Assembly (NCBI RefSeq): GCF_006345805.1
Contig: NC_043001.1
Coordinates: forward strand, 9,114,001 to 9,178,000
DNA from: Octopus sinensis
Taxonomy: Eukaryota
Direction of reading: 5' to 3'
Length of the DNA stretch: 64,000 nucleotides
Part shown: positions 1 to 11,728 of the stretch, one piece after another
Numbering within the stretch: position 1 is the stretch's first letter
Layout: every line of letters begins with the position of its first letter
Translations under genes and position numbers: made by a program
The notes under the pieces: model-generated
Seen by the model: the letters and a program-made list of their open reading frames with translations, nothing else
The model's database searches: none
What the model was told of the DNA's origin: nothing

Positions 1-64
1 AAGTTACCGCATTTGTCTCTGAGCCACTTAAAACAAGAAATTACGTTATAAATTATAGAATGTC

Positions 65-636
65 TGTTTCTTTATTGCCCACAGGGGCCTAAACATAGAG
101 GGGGGCAAAAAAGGATAGAGAAAGGGATTGAGTCGATTACATCGTAACTGGTACTTATTTAATCGAACCTGAAATGATGAAAGGTAAAGTGAACCTCGGC
201 AGAATTTCAACTCAGGACTTAAAGACAGACGAAAAATACCTGTTTCTTTATTACCCTCAAGGAGCTAAATGCAGAAGAGACAAACAAGGACAGACAAAGG
301 TATTAAGTCGAACACATCGACCCCAGTGCGAACCCGAAAGGATGAAAGGCAAAGTCGACCTCGGCGGAATTTGAACTCAGAACGTAACGGCAGACGAAAT
401 ACCTATTTCTTTACTACCCCCAAGGGGCTAAACACCGAGAGGACAAGCAAGGACAGACAAACGGATTAAGTCAATTATGTTGACCTCAGTGTGTAACTGG
501 TACTTATTTAATCAGCTCCGAAAGGATGAAAGGCAAAGTCGACCTCGGCGGAATTTGAACTCAGAACGTAACGGCAGACGAAATACGGCTACGCATTTTG
601 CCCGGTGTGCTGACGTCTCTGCCAGCTCGCCACCTT
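65..636 (-). mobile_element. tRNA-derived SINE family A, tandem trimer (one head, three body+tail units)
   Basis: Head GGTGGCGAGCTGGCAGA... with B-box-like GAGTTCAAATTCC and central motif GCCTTTCATCCTTTCGG. Unit junctions at 240/241 and 403/404. Confidence 0.85.
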
Positions 637-659
637 AAAATATTCTTTTTTATACGAGG

Positions 660-1255
660 TACAGGGTCCGAAATTTTTAGGAAGAGGGCCAGTCGATTAG
701 TCGACCCCAGTACGCAACTGGTATTTTATTAATCGATCCCGAAACGATAAAAGGCCAAGTCGACCTCGGCGGAATTTGAACTCAGAATCTAAAGACAAAC
801 GAAATACCACTAATCATTTCACCCAGGGTGCTAACGTTTCTTATTTCTTTACTGCTCACAAGGGGCTAAACATAGAGGTAACTAACAAGGATAGACAAAG
901 AGATTAAGTCGATTACATCGACCCCAGTGCGTAACTGGTACTTAATTACCGACCCTAAAAGGATGAAAGTAAAAGTCGACCTCAGCGGAATTTCAAATCA
1001 GAACATAACAGCAGACGAAATACTTATTTCTTTACTACCCACAAGGGGCTAAACACAGAAAGGACAAACAAGGACAGACAAACGGATTAAGTCAATTATG
1101 TCGACCCCAGTGCGTAACTGGTACTTATTTAATCGACCCCGAAAGGATGAAAGGCAAATTCGACCTCGGCGGAATTTGAACTCAGAACGTAAAGACAGAC
1201 AAAATACCGCTAAGCATTTCGCCCGGTGTGCTGAAGTTTCTGCCAGTCGTCGCTT
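660..1255 (-). mobile_element. SINE A cluster: partial alternative-tail copy (660-841) abutting a dimer (842-1255)
   Basis: Same head and central motif. Internal junction at 1024/1025. Confidence 0.8.
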
Positions 1256-1399
1256 TAATAAAAGAAATTGTACGAAACTTTCGCCGTTAATATTTCTTTT
1301 GAAGAGTCAAGGCTTCACGGCAAAGAATAGTGTTACCTAAGATCCTTTCATTCTCAGCTGAGTCTAAAGTTTTGTGATGACAATAAATATTAAGTAAGT

Positions 1400-1610
1400 G
1401 GGCGAACAGGCAGAAACGTTAGCACGCCAAGCGAAATGCTTAATACTATTTCGTCTGTCTACGTGTTCTGAGCTCAAATTTCGCCGAGGTCGACTTTGCC
1501 TTTTATCCTCTCGGGGTCGATAAATTAAGTACGCGTTACGTACTGTTGTCGATCTTCTCGACTGGTCCAATCCTACAAAATTTCGGATCGTGTGACTAGA
1601 GTAGAAAAGA
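1400..1610 (+). mobile_element. SINE A, alternative-tail subfamily
   Basis: Head GGCAGAAACGTTAGCACG and central motif, with a tail ending ...CTAGAGTAGAAAAG. Confidence 0.75.
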
Positions 1611-1688
1611 AAAAGATACATTATAAATTACCGCATTTGTCTCTGAGCCACTTAAAACAAGAAATTACGTTATAAATTATAGAATGTC

Positions 1689-2440
1689 TGTTTCTTTATT
1701 GCCCACAGGGGCCTAAACATAGAGGGGGGCAAAAAAGGATAGAGAAAGGGATACAATCGATTACATCGTAACTGGTACTTATTTAATCGAACCTGAAATG
1801 ATGAAAGGCAAAGTGAACCTCGGTTGAATTTCAACTTAGAACTTAAAGACAGACGAAAAATACCTGTTTCTTTATTACCCTCAAGGGGCTAAACACAGAA
1901 GAGACAAACAAGGACAGACAAAGGTATTAAGTCGAACACATCGACCCCAGTGCGATCCCGAAAGGATGAAAGGCAAAGTCGACCTCGGCAGAATTTGAAC
2001 TCAGAACGTAACGGCAGACGAAATACCTATTTCTTTACTACCCCCAAGGGGCTAAACACCGAGAGGACAAGCAAGGACAGACAAACGGATTAAGTCAATT
2101 ATGTTGACCCCAGTGTGTAACTGGTACTTATTTAATCAGCTCCGAAAGGATGAAAGGCAAAGTCGACCTCGGCAGAATTTGAACTCAAAACGTAACGGCA
2201 GACGAAATACCTATTTCTTTACTACCCACAAGGGGCTAAACACCGAGAGAACAAGCAAGGACAGACAAACGGATTAAGTCAATTATGTCGATCCCAGTGT
2301 GTAACTGGTACTTATTTAATGACCCCGAAAGGATGAAAGGCAAAGTCAACCTCAGCGGAATTTGAACTCAGAACGTTGTGGCAGACGAAATACGGCTACT
2401 CATTTTGCCCGGTGTGCTGACGTCTCTGCCAGCTCGCCGC
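1689..2440 (-). mobile_element. SINE A tandem tetramer
   Basis: Junctions at 1864/1865, 2027/2028 and 2211/2212. It duplicates the 65-636 array together with its flank. Confidence 0.85.
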
Positions 2441-4169
2441 TGTTAATTTAGAGTATATCGAACAGGTAAAATTGATAGGTAAAATAAAGGAAGTGCAGCA
2501 AAAGATAAAACAGAAGAATAGTCGAACAGCTGTTCGTGGTTTCTGAATGAGAACTGCGGTCATTAAGAAGAAGAGACTACATAAAACATTTTTTTTCTGC
2601 ACTCTGTCACATAATGTGTATTAAACCCAAAGGAAACAAACTTTCGTCTTCAAACACTTTGTTATTTCGTGAATGAAGATTTTGCTTATAGAATGAAATA
2701 TCTTTTTGAGAGAATCTTACCAGAGTGTGTTAGGGAATTTGTGAAGAATGTTATTAAATAGGATTTACTTTCTGGAGATTGAAAGAAAGAACAAGTTTGT
2801 GATTTTAGTGATAGATAATAATAATAATAACAACAACAACAACACAACAACAATAATAATAATAATAATAACAATAATAATAACTGATGTAATAATAAAA
2901 ATAATAGAGTCAATTTTGTTCGTTCTGAGTAGCAGAAATATCGATTGCATATTTTGTTTTCAGCTCTCTTAATGCACACGAAAAGCTGTTGTACTATTTA
3001 CAATTATAAATGTGTCATAAAATACTTTAGTGTTATATCTTATTGCTGTTGACAAAAAGAAGATTATACTGATCCCTTAAGCAACATGAATCAGTCAAGC
3101 AGAAGCCGGCTTCATATTATTGCAACAGATTCTGAAAGAAAACAAATAACCTTCTTTCTAAGCTATCTTTCAAATTCATTGGGGTGAGATAAAAACTGAA
3201 GGTACAGCTTGTAATCCGACTTTCCATTTTGTTAGGTATGGTCAATATCTCAGGAGTGGTGGAGATGGAGGCAGGAAAATCATTTGGAACTTTCAATTTA
3301 TTTTGTATCACTCAAAGAAGAAAATAACGAATATGTCTTCTGATACAAAAAGAAAACAATAAAAAACAATGATTGGCTGAAATATTTTGTGCAGTCAGAC
3401 TATCCGGAATATTTTATTTTCAGAAATGAATGCCAAAATTGCATAAAATGTCTGAAGCACAATATTTAGTAGAGAAGCAAATTGTTTTATATAACATATC
3501 CAGAATAACATCCGACGGTAGATATAATGCCTATGTCTGCTAAAAGACTAAAGATTCTTTAGCTGTGAATCGTGTGTCCCGTGCATCGTCGCCTCAGTTT
3601 ATACTCGTCTTTAATGAGTTCTGTGATATAATCTACTACAAACTGTACTGGCACAGATATTTGGAATATTGTACTGAAACCCTCTTCTGGTTAGTTAATC
3701 CAAACAAGACAACTTTGTAATGAGTCTCTCTTCAGGATAATCAATTTGTTAACGGATTATGAAAAAAAAGGGTGCTGTGCGGGTTAGTGAATTGGGTGAT
3801 TGGTTCATGAGTTTAAAGTTCCGAGATCTCATCATGGACTAGGTGATGCATTGCAACCTTGAGCAGGGCACTTAGTCCCACGTTGCTGCAGTCTATTGAG
3901 TTTTAACTAAGTACAAAAATTTGGAAGTGTAACTCCTCCTTTCTCATTTTTGTCTCTATTTCCAATCGTTTCATTGCGGAAAGAAGCATCAAATGACTAT
4001 ACAATCAACTAGATAATTAGATAAAGGGTTAATTCGTTCACTAATAATCATAATAAAAGAAGTGAAGTAGAATCAGTGAGCGTGTTTGCATTGAAATGAT
4101 GACCTTACCATGATACACACACACATACATACGTACACACACACATATATACATATATATACATAGGGG

Positions 4170-4296
4170 GAAATTCACGAAAAAAAACAAAGGACGAAGA
4201 CGAGTGGTGTAGAAAACAAACAGATGTATTAGTATAACTCTCGGGAATTGAAAACGTCTTTAACGTTTCGAGCCTACGCTCTTCCACAGAAAGGAA
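4170..4296 (-). repeat. Dispersed repeat with a hammerhead-like core, probably a Penelope-like terminal repeat fragment
   Basis: The minus strand reads CTGTGGA-A-GAGC-GTAG-GCTC-GAAACGT-TAAAG-ACGTTT. A homologous copy is at 43876-44010. Confidence 0.55.
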
Positions 4297-5720
4297 CACT
4301 ATGCCTTAGTCTATTTCTAAGTTAAGAGTAAACATATACATATATACATGCGTAGATACATACATACATACATACATACATACATACATACATACATACA
4401 TACATACATACATACACTCAGATATAGGTCGTGCTTCTTGCAGTCTTTTTCTTTTCGTATCTTTCTTAATTCAGAAAAAGTAAATGTTACAACTAAGCGA
4501 AATCGAAAAGTGAGTGAGTATTTAAATCGTAAAATATCATAACAGTAAATGTTTTACCAGTGAAAGGAAATGTTCTATCAAATAGAGATGTTTTAGTATA
4601 GGCAATGACTTAGTTAAGCGAAATTATTGACAGATTGAATCATTTATCATAGTAAATGTTCACATTTATAAAAGATATTGATTAAATCTGATGGCTACAG
4701 GCACTACAATATCATCTATCTATATATGTGGGTGTGTGTGTCCCTGTGTGTCTGTCTGCATGTATGTATGTCTGTATGTCTGTTGTGTCTGCCTGTATGT
4801 ATGTATGTATGTATCAGAGGCGACTCCAGTCATCAGGGTCACTCGGGCTCATCCCAGATTTCGAATATGACACATGCTTGCTCAAAGAATTTCACGATTT
4901 TTCCACTTTATTTCTAACCCGAAATGCACTACCCTTACTATGGGACGGGTAGGAAAGGCCCGCCCCGGGTGGCACACACTCTAGCTACGCTAGGGCCTAA
5001 ATGGCTTATTTTTTTTACGTCTTATTCTATTATATCTATCACTATGCCTTAGTCTATTTCTAAGTTAAGAGTAAAAAAATGAAGCAGCCCTACAAAACAC
5101 AACTGCTTACAGACGCACAGAATAACAGCAATCAAATAACGACAGCGGAGTGCACAGCAAACATCAAAGATCTGACTGTCGCCTTGTACGCTTGACAAGA
5201 GATGCCAGTTAGTCTTTTACATCTACCAGTCTCGTTCGTACTAGCCCGAGTTGCTGGATAATTTTTCTTTCCTTTAGGAATATCAGAGAATGAAAACTTT
5301 TCATAGATTGTAATTTAAATCCTAATCTCTGTAGAAATTTATTGTTTCAAGAAAACATTGAATTTAAATTACTTTTAATTTTTACGATTATAGATAACAT
5401 GTTGGGCTGTAACTTCAGAGTCCGAGTCAGACGTGTGTGAACGATGCCGAGACGCCAGACGCTGAACAAAAATAAATGAACTGTGACCAGGCTCAGCAAA
5501 ATGAGCCCGAGTTACTAGCAGTGAGTACATACTTGAAGTCAGTGTTGGAGAAATTAAATCTGGAAACCTGGAAATTTTTGTCTTCCGTATTACTGAATGT
5601 CAGTGGCTCACACACTTTGGCTTACGGAATTCCCAAGTACGGAATTTTCATTCTTCAGGAAAGCAACATTTCGCTAACGTGTATAAATAACTATTTGTAT
5701 ACGTATACATTCATATATCA

Positions 5721-5804
<84 letters not shown>

Positions 5805-5822
5805 GTGTGTGTGTGTGTGTGT

Positions 5823-5862
<40 letters not shown>

Positions 5863-5886
5863 TGTGTGTATGTGAGTATAAATGTG

Positions 5887-5937
<51 letters not shown>

Positions 5938-5945
5938 TTATAGAT

Positions 5946-5977
<32 letters not shown>

Positions 5978-6929
5978 GTGTGTTTGTGTATGTGTATGTG
6001 TGTTAATATGTGTATGTATATTGAATGATATAGTTATGGAGATTTTCATACAGGACTTCATGTTTTTATATCAACGACACAATGATCGCTTCACTTCTTC
6101 AGTTCTCTCAAACACAATGCCCAACACAAAATGGCGGTGCCCTAGCATGGCCACACCTCGTGATCTGAAAATGTTTTAATTCATTCAATTGAATTCAATT
6201 CATAAAAGGCAAAATGTTAAATAAAAGTATAGAAATAAAAAGGTTAATTCGTGCGTATTATAAGATCAAACGTGCTACAAAGGATGTTTTGGGGTTAAAC
6301 TTGTATATTTATTTTGGTATACAAAAGAAAATATTGAAGTTAAAAAGTTAAATATTTAAAAATAAACACATTTCCGAAAAATCATGTGGGTTAAGTCCTT
6401 CAGCCTTTTTTAAATTTGTTAATATTGAAAATTTAACGATTTGAAATTAAATTTTTTTTAAATTATAGAAAGAGTAACGGAGTTCAAAAATGTCCAAAGT
6501 TATGAAGTGAAATCTGAATAAAATAATATAAGAATTCTAAAACTGAAAAATTACAAGTAAAAGCATATTAAAATTCATTAACCAAATACAAAATGATGTA
6601 AATAATTTCAAATAAACTGAAAAATCTAAATATACAATTGAAATATAAAAATGATATATTAAGAAACTGAAAAATTCTACGTTAAAAATCAAGAAATTAA
6701 ATTAAACAAATATTTTACGGTAAGAAACAATACATACGCACACACATATTTACATATATGTATAGATATATATGTGTGTATGTGGATGTTTATATATATA
6801 TGCACACACATATATAAATCTATATAGATATATATAAATCTATATGCATATATACATATAAATACACACACACGAGTACACACACAAACAGACACATACT
6901 CATATATACACCTAGTTTTCTGGATGTTA

Positions 6930-7750
6930 TCTGTCCTCGCATATATTAAAGTTAGATAAGGGCCGTTTATGGCAATACTTTAGGTTTTACGACAATAAAG
7001 AATTTGGCTTTATGGTGCATCATCGGATCCCAAAACCTGTTGGCTAAGGGCTTCTCTAGTGATAGTCCTCTCTAGAATCTGGAGGAGGAAATGTGCTCGT
7101 TACTCAATGTCAACAAAGGGTATTGCCTCCCTTTGCCTATCGATCGCCGGTGGCCCTGCTACCTCTCGGGGTCCAATAGGCTAGCAGGAATTTACTCGGT
7201 TCTGGAGTCTTCATTGACGACTTCCTTGGTTTTATAGTGGTCCCTTACTGGACATCTGTTCGGTCTCTGCATGAACCTCCCACTCGTAGTCTAGGGGTAC
7301 TGACTAGAATACTCTTAAGATTGGAGGCACAGCTAAAAGAGACCCTAAGGTTGTGCCTGTTGAAAATGCGTTAAGCCGAGGTACTGGCCGACCCTGGCAG
7401 CAGCAGAAACATCAGCAGTTCCTTTAACCGTGACAACAGAAACAGGGGCGTCAATGACAATACTACCAGTAGCAGATATGCAGATAGAACCAACAGCACC
7501 ATCGGTGGAGGCGCAGTGGTTAGGGCGGCGGACTCGCGGTCGTAAGAACACGGTTTCAATTCCCAGACCGGGCATTGTGAGAGTTTATTGAGCAAAAACA
7601 CCTAAGCCCCACGAGGCTCCGGCGTGGGCGGGGTGAACCCACTGTAGCAGAGGTACTATGGTGTAACCCACTATAGTGTGATAAACTTTCAGACCCTAGT
7701 CTGGAACCCCGTTAAAAGCCACCGTTTAAGGAATGAGGATAACAATGGAA
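6930..7750 (-). mobile_element. Decayed Penelope-like element fragment (RT C-terminus to GIY-YIG region), interrupted by a SINE
   Basis: The minus strand translates RIFNRHNLRVSFSCASNLKSIL (cf. the PLE motif KIFNRNxxKxSYSCMPN). It is followed by a frameshifted SCRDR/RCPVRDHYKTKEVV Cys cluster, with multiple stops. Confidence 0.6.
7503..7630 (+). mobile_element. tRNA-derived SINE family B, 5' part
   Basis: GGAGGCGCA...GGTTAGGGCGGCGGACTCGCGGTC...TTCCCAGACCGGGC head shared with the copies at 12758, 18588, 33465 and 42539. Confidence 0.75.
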
Positions 7751-8354
7751 GTATCATTCAATAGAATTCCCTCAAACTTCGTTAATTAATTATTGTTTCA
7801 GATTTTGGCACAAGGCCAGCAATTCCGGGGAAGGGAAGATATCGCTTACATCGACCCCTGTGCTCAACCCCGAACAGATGAAAGGTAAAGTTCACCTCTT
7901 TGGTATTTAAACTCCAAATGTAAAGACGGACAAAATGACGACAAGCATTTTTCACGGCATGCCAAAGATTCTGGCAGCTCTGTTTATTATAGAAACAATC
8001 TTCATAATGTGGTGCAATATTAAACGGTCATACAGACAGCATGACAAGCAATAACGAACACGCGGTTGATAATGCATAAATCTATAAAAGAATCTAGAAG
8101 AAATTTCGACAATGAAGCCAAGAGCAATCGTGTTAGTATTGTCTACTATAAAGAGACGAGAACAAACGTAATAAATCACATGACGATGAGTAAAAGCTTT
8201 GATGATGAATTTAGGATGTTGAAAATTTCTCAAAACCCACTCATAAGAAGGGATAAAATTTGAATGCAATAACGATTTCAACACACGTGTACACGCACAC
8301 ACGCGCACACACATATACACACAAGACACACACAGACACAAACATGCACACATT

Positions 8355-8384
8355 CATACAGACAGACAGACAGATTGATAGATG

Positions 8385-8421
<37 letters not shown>

Positions 8422-8492
8422 TAGATAGATAGATAGATAGATAAATAGATAGGTTGGTAGATAGACAGACACACAGACAGATAGATAGATAA

Positions 8493-8564
<72 letters not shown>

Positions 8565-8598
8565 TAGATAGATAGATAGATAGATAGGTAGATAGATA
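8355..8598. repeat. (GACA)n/(GATA)n array at the 3' junction of the truncated LINE
   Basis: Seen directly in the sequence. Confidence 0.95.
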
Positions 8599-11482
8599 TG
8601 TTTCTTTATTAGCCACACAGGGCTGCACACAGATAGAACAAATTACAAGGTAGAGCTTTTCTTTTGAAGGTTTAAAAAAAAAATAAATAAAAAAAGGAAG
8701 GGGGAGTTTCGATCAAAAGGGATCGTAAAAGGAGAGAAAGAGGACAAAAAAAAGGGGGGTTAAAAAAAAAGGGGGAGAGAAAAAAAAATTGATCAATAGG
8801 GATCGTTATCACAGAAATGTCAATATGAAGTGTAAAGGGGAGGACAGGTGAGGTTTACCCGTGGAAAGAAAAGCCTACGGAAAAGACCACGGTAACCTCG
8901 GTCAATGGAGTCACATGTTATATTTCTTTTTTTTTTTTGCAAATAAGCAACTCTCTGTTTTCAATTTCTGGGTTCATAGGATCATGCTCAAGGTGGCTTC
9001 GTCATTCATACGTGCCATTCTTGCTACATTCACCCATCCTTTTTTAAAACATTCGCTAGACAAAACTTGCCTCTCTACTCTCACTTTCCTTTTCAAGTGG
9101 TACTTGAAGAAGTTGATGAGAGATTGACCAGAGAGGAAAGTGTTTGTCTCCAATCCTTTCAGACGCGTCCACCAGATACATTCTTTCGCCATAGCCACAC
9201 GGATGATGAAAATAGCTCTTCCTTCCCGTTTGAAGGAGGGAGGCGTGACAATATTAACGATAGACTCACCTGATAAACCGACTCGTCCCACACGTGACAG
9301 CAGTTGTTCGACACAAGCCCACAGGTCGGAAATTGTTGGACACTCCACGAGAGCGTGCAGAACGCTTTCGTCGCTCTGACCGCATCTCGGGCGGGTCGGC
9401 CCCGTGTTTCTCGAGCCGTGTCTGTAGAGCTTATCCCGAACGGGTAGCGCTTCTCGGTAGCACTGCCAGGCCAGGGATCTCTGGAAGTTGTCCATGGGCC
9501 CTGGCCCGAAAGTCTCCTGAACAGGCGGGTCAGGTACTCCTCGTCGACGTCCAGGTTCGCCCCGAGCTCGTCGTCGTACCTCCCCTCCACTAAACCCCTA
9601 TAGAATGCTTTGGTTGTGTTGAAGTCACTCAAGGTCGACCCAGGACGGCAGAGTTGCTTGAGAGCAACGCGACACTCGCGGTGCCATTCGCCCTTCTTCG
9701 GCCTCTTTTTGATCCACGACTGCAGTTCGGTCATGGAGACGAGCTGCGGGAAAGCGTGCCTCACAAACGGCGACCACACCTGTTCACCGTCGTCTACATA
9801 GAGCCAGAGATGTCGCAGTCTCAGCGCGTCTGCGCATCATCAACCACGGCATGCCCAGCCCTCCTTTTAACGGGTGTTGACAGCAAATGGATCGCCTGAC
9901 CATCGGGACGCATCCTTTCCACAAGAAGCGAAAGAGAATGCGTTGTAGTTTGGTGATGGTAGGGTCGGGACAAGGTACGACGGTCAGACGGTAGTAGATG
10001 ACGGACGCGATGTACGTGTTCGCCACCTCCGCCCGACCTTTTAGGGACAGTTTCCTCTCGGCCCATTGCCGGGCGAGAGTGACCACCCTACTCGTTATCT
10101 CGTTCCAGTTCTTCTCCACTTGGAGGTCCGGACCAAACCAGACCCCGAGCAACTCAACCGGGCCGTCGGTCCAGCGTCCCACGACGGAGACGCTGGTGGA
10201 CGGCATGGGCTTGCTTCTCCAGGTGCCTAGTCGCAAGCCCACTGACTTTTCCCGGTTGATTTTCGCTCCTGTCACCGCTTCGTAGTTTTTCAGTGTCTCG
10301 CCGACCTGCTCGATGTGCTCGTGGCTAGACACTATGACGGTGACGTCGTCCGCGTATTCAGACACGCTCGTCCCGCATCCCAGTTCTCGCGGGATGCCTC
10401 TCAAGGTGGCCAGCTTCCGCAATAATGGCTCGAGAGTCAATACGTATAGAAGCGACGAGAGGGGGCATCCCTGACGGACCGAACGTGCGATGTCGAAGGG
10501 TTTCGATAGATGTCCATTCACGCGAATTGCCGAACGGATGCCTCTGTACAAGACGGGACCGAAGCCAGCCGCTCCGAGGACCGCCTCCAAGTATCGATGG
10601 TCCACCCTATCGAAAGCTTTCGATTGATCCAAATTGATCAGCGCCCCACCCATGCCAGGTTCGTTAACTACCCTGTCTATGATGTAGCGCATCAGGTGGA
10701 GGTTGTCATGGATGGTCCGGCCTGGCACGGCGCATGTTTGCGCCCTGTCGACCAGTTTCTCGATGACAAGCGCCAACCTCTTGGCTAGCACCTTGGCCAA
10801 AATTTTCAAGTCTGCATTAAGCAGAGTGATGGGCCTAAAGTTATCTATTACATTTCCCTTGTTTAGATCTTTCTTCAGCAGTGTTACGGCTCCTCGGCTC
10901 ACAAAACCAGGAATGCTCCCGTTTTGCTGCCAGTTGCAGTACACCGCCGCCAAGAGATCTCCAAACAAGTCTGGCATACAATTGTAAAGCTCGTAGGGTA
11001 GACCATCTAAACCCGGTGATTTGTCCCCCGAGCATTCTGCCATCGCTTCCTGCACTTCCGCTGCCGTGATGGCACCTTCGCAGCACCCTGCCTTTCTTGT
11101 CGAGAGTCGTGGTAGGCTATGTAGGTGGGCACTGAAGTCCACCCTACGTTCTTGCCCTCCACTCGTTCCGAACAGTCGGGCAAAATGCTGCTGAAAGGCC
11201 TCACACATTTTACTTGGCTCGAGCAATTCGCGCCCCTGTTCATCTACCAGTGACCGAATGGTGGCTTTGTTGCCCTGTTGCGCCTCTGCCACCCGGGCCT
11301 CTCTCGCGGCTCCAACAACTTCGTTCCTTAGAGCACGCATCCTAGCTCTGATAGCACATCCTTCGTGTTTGGCGTTGAAGTGTTGGTCGAGGGCCAACCT
11401 CGCCGCCAAAACGTCGGATGCGATGCCGCTTCTAATTGCCTCTTCTAGCTTCTTAACTAGCTCACCCTCTACTCTATTTCTA
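8599..11482 (-). mobile_element. 5'-truncated copy of the same Tx1-type LINE (RT, C-terminus, 3' UTR)
   Basis: ORFs 9784-11409, 9159-9779 and 8974-9495 match the 58-61 kb ORF2, and the 3' end is the same. Homology stops at TCTATTTCTA, followed by (GATA)n. Confidence 0.93.
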
Positions 11483-11664
11483 GATAGATAGATAGATAGA
11501 TAGGTATTCCTATATGCAGGTATGTATGTACTTATGAGCGTTACTATTCGTGCTTAAACATGTACCAAACATATATGCATGTATATGTGTGTGTGTGTGT
11601 GTATGTGCGTGTGTGTATGTGTGCGTGTGTGTGTGTGTAAATAGATAGATAGATAGATAGTTGC

Positions 11665-11728
<64 letters not shown>

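Noticed and set aside
65-2440. CRISPR-like regularly spaced repeats
   Set aside because: The units are ~165-185-bp SINE bodies without unique spacers, in a eukaryotic context with no cas genes.
3117-3311. Short non-repetitive ORF
   Set aside because: No recognisable motif or splice context.
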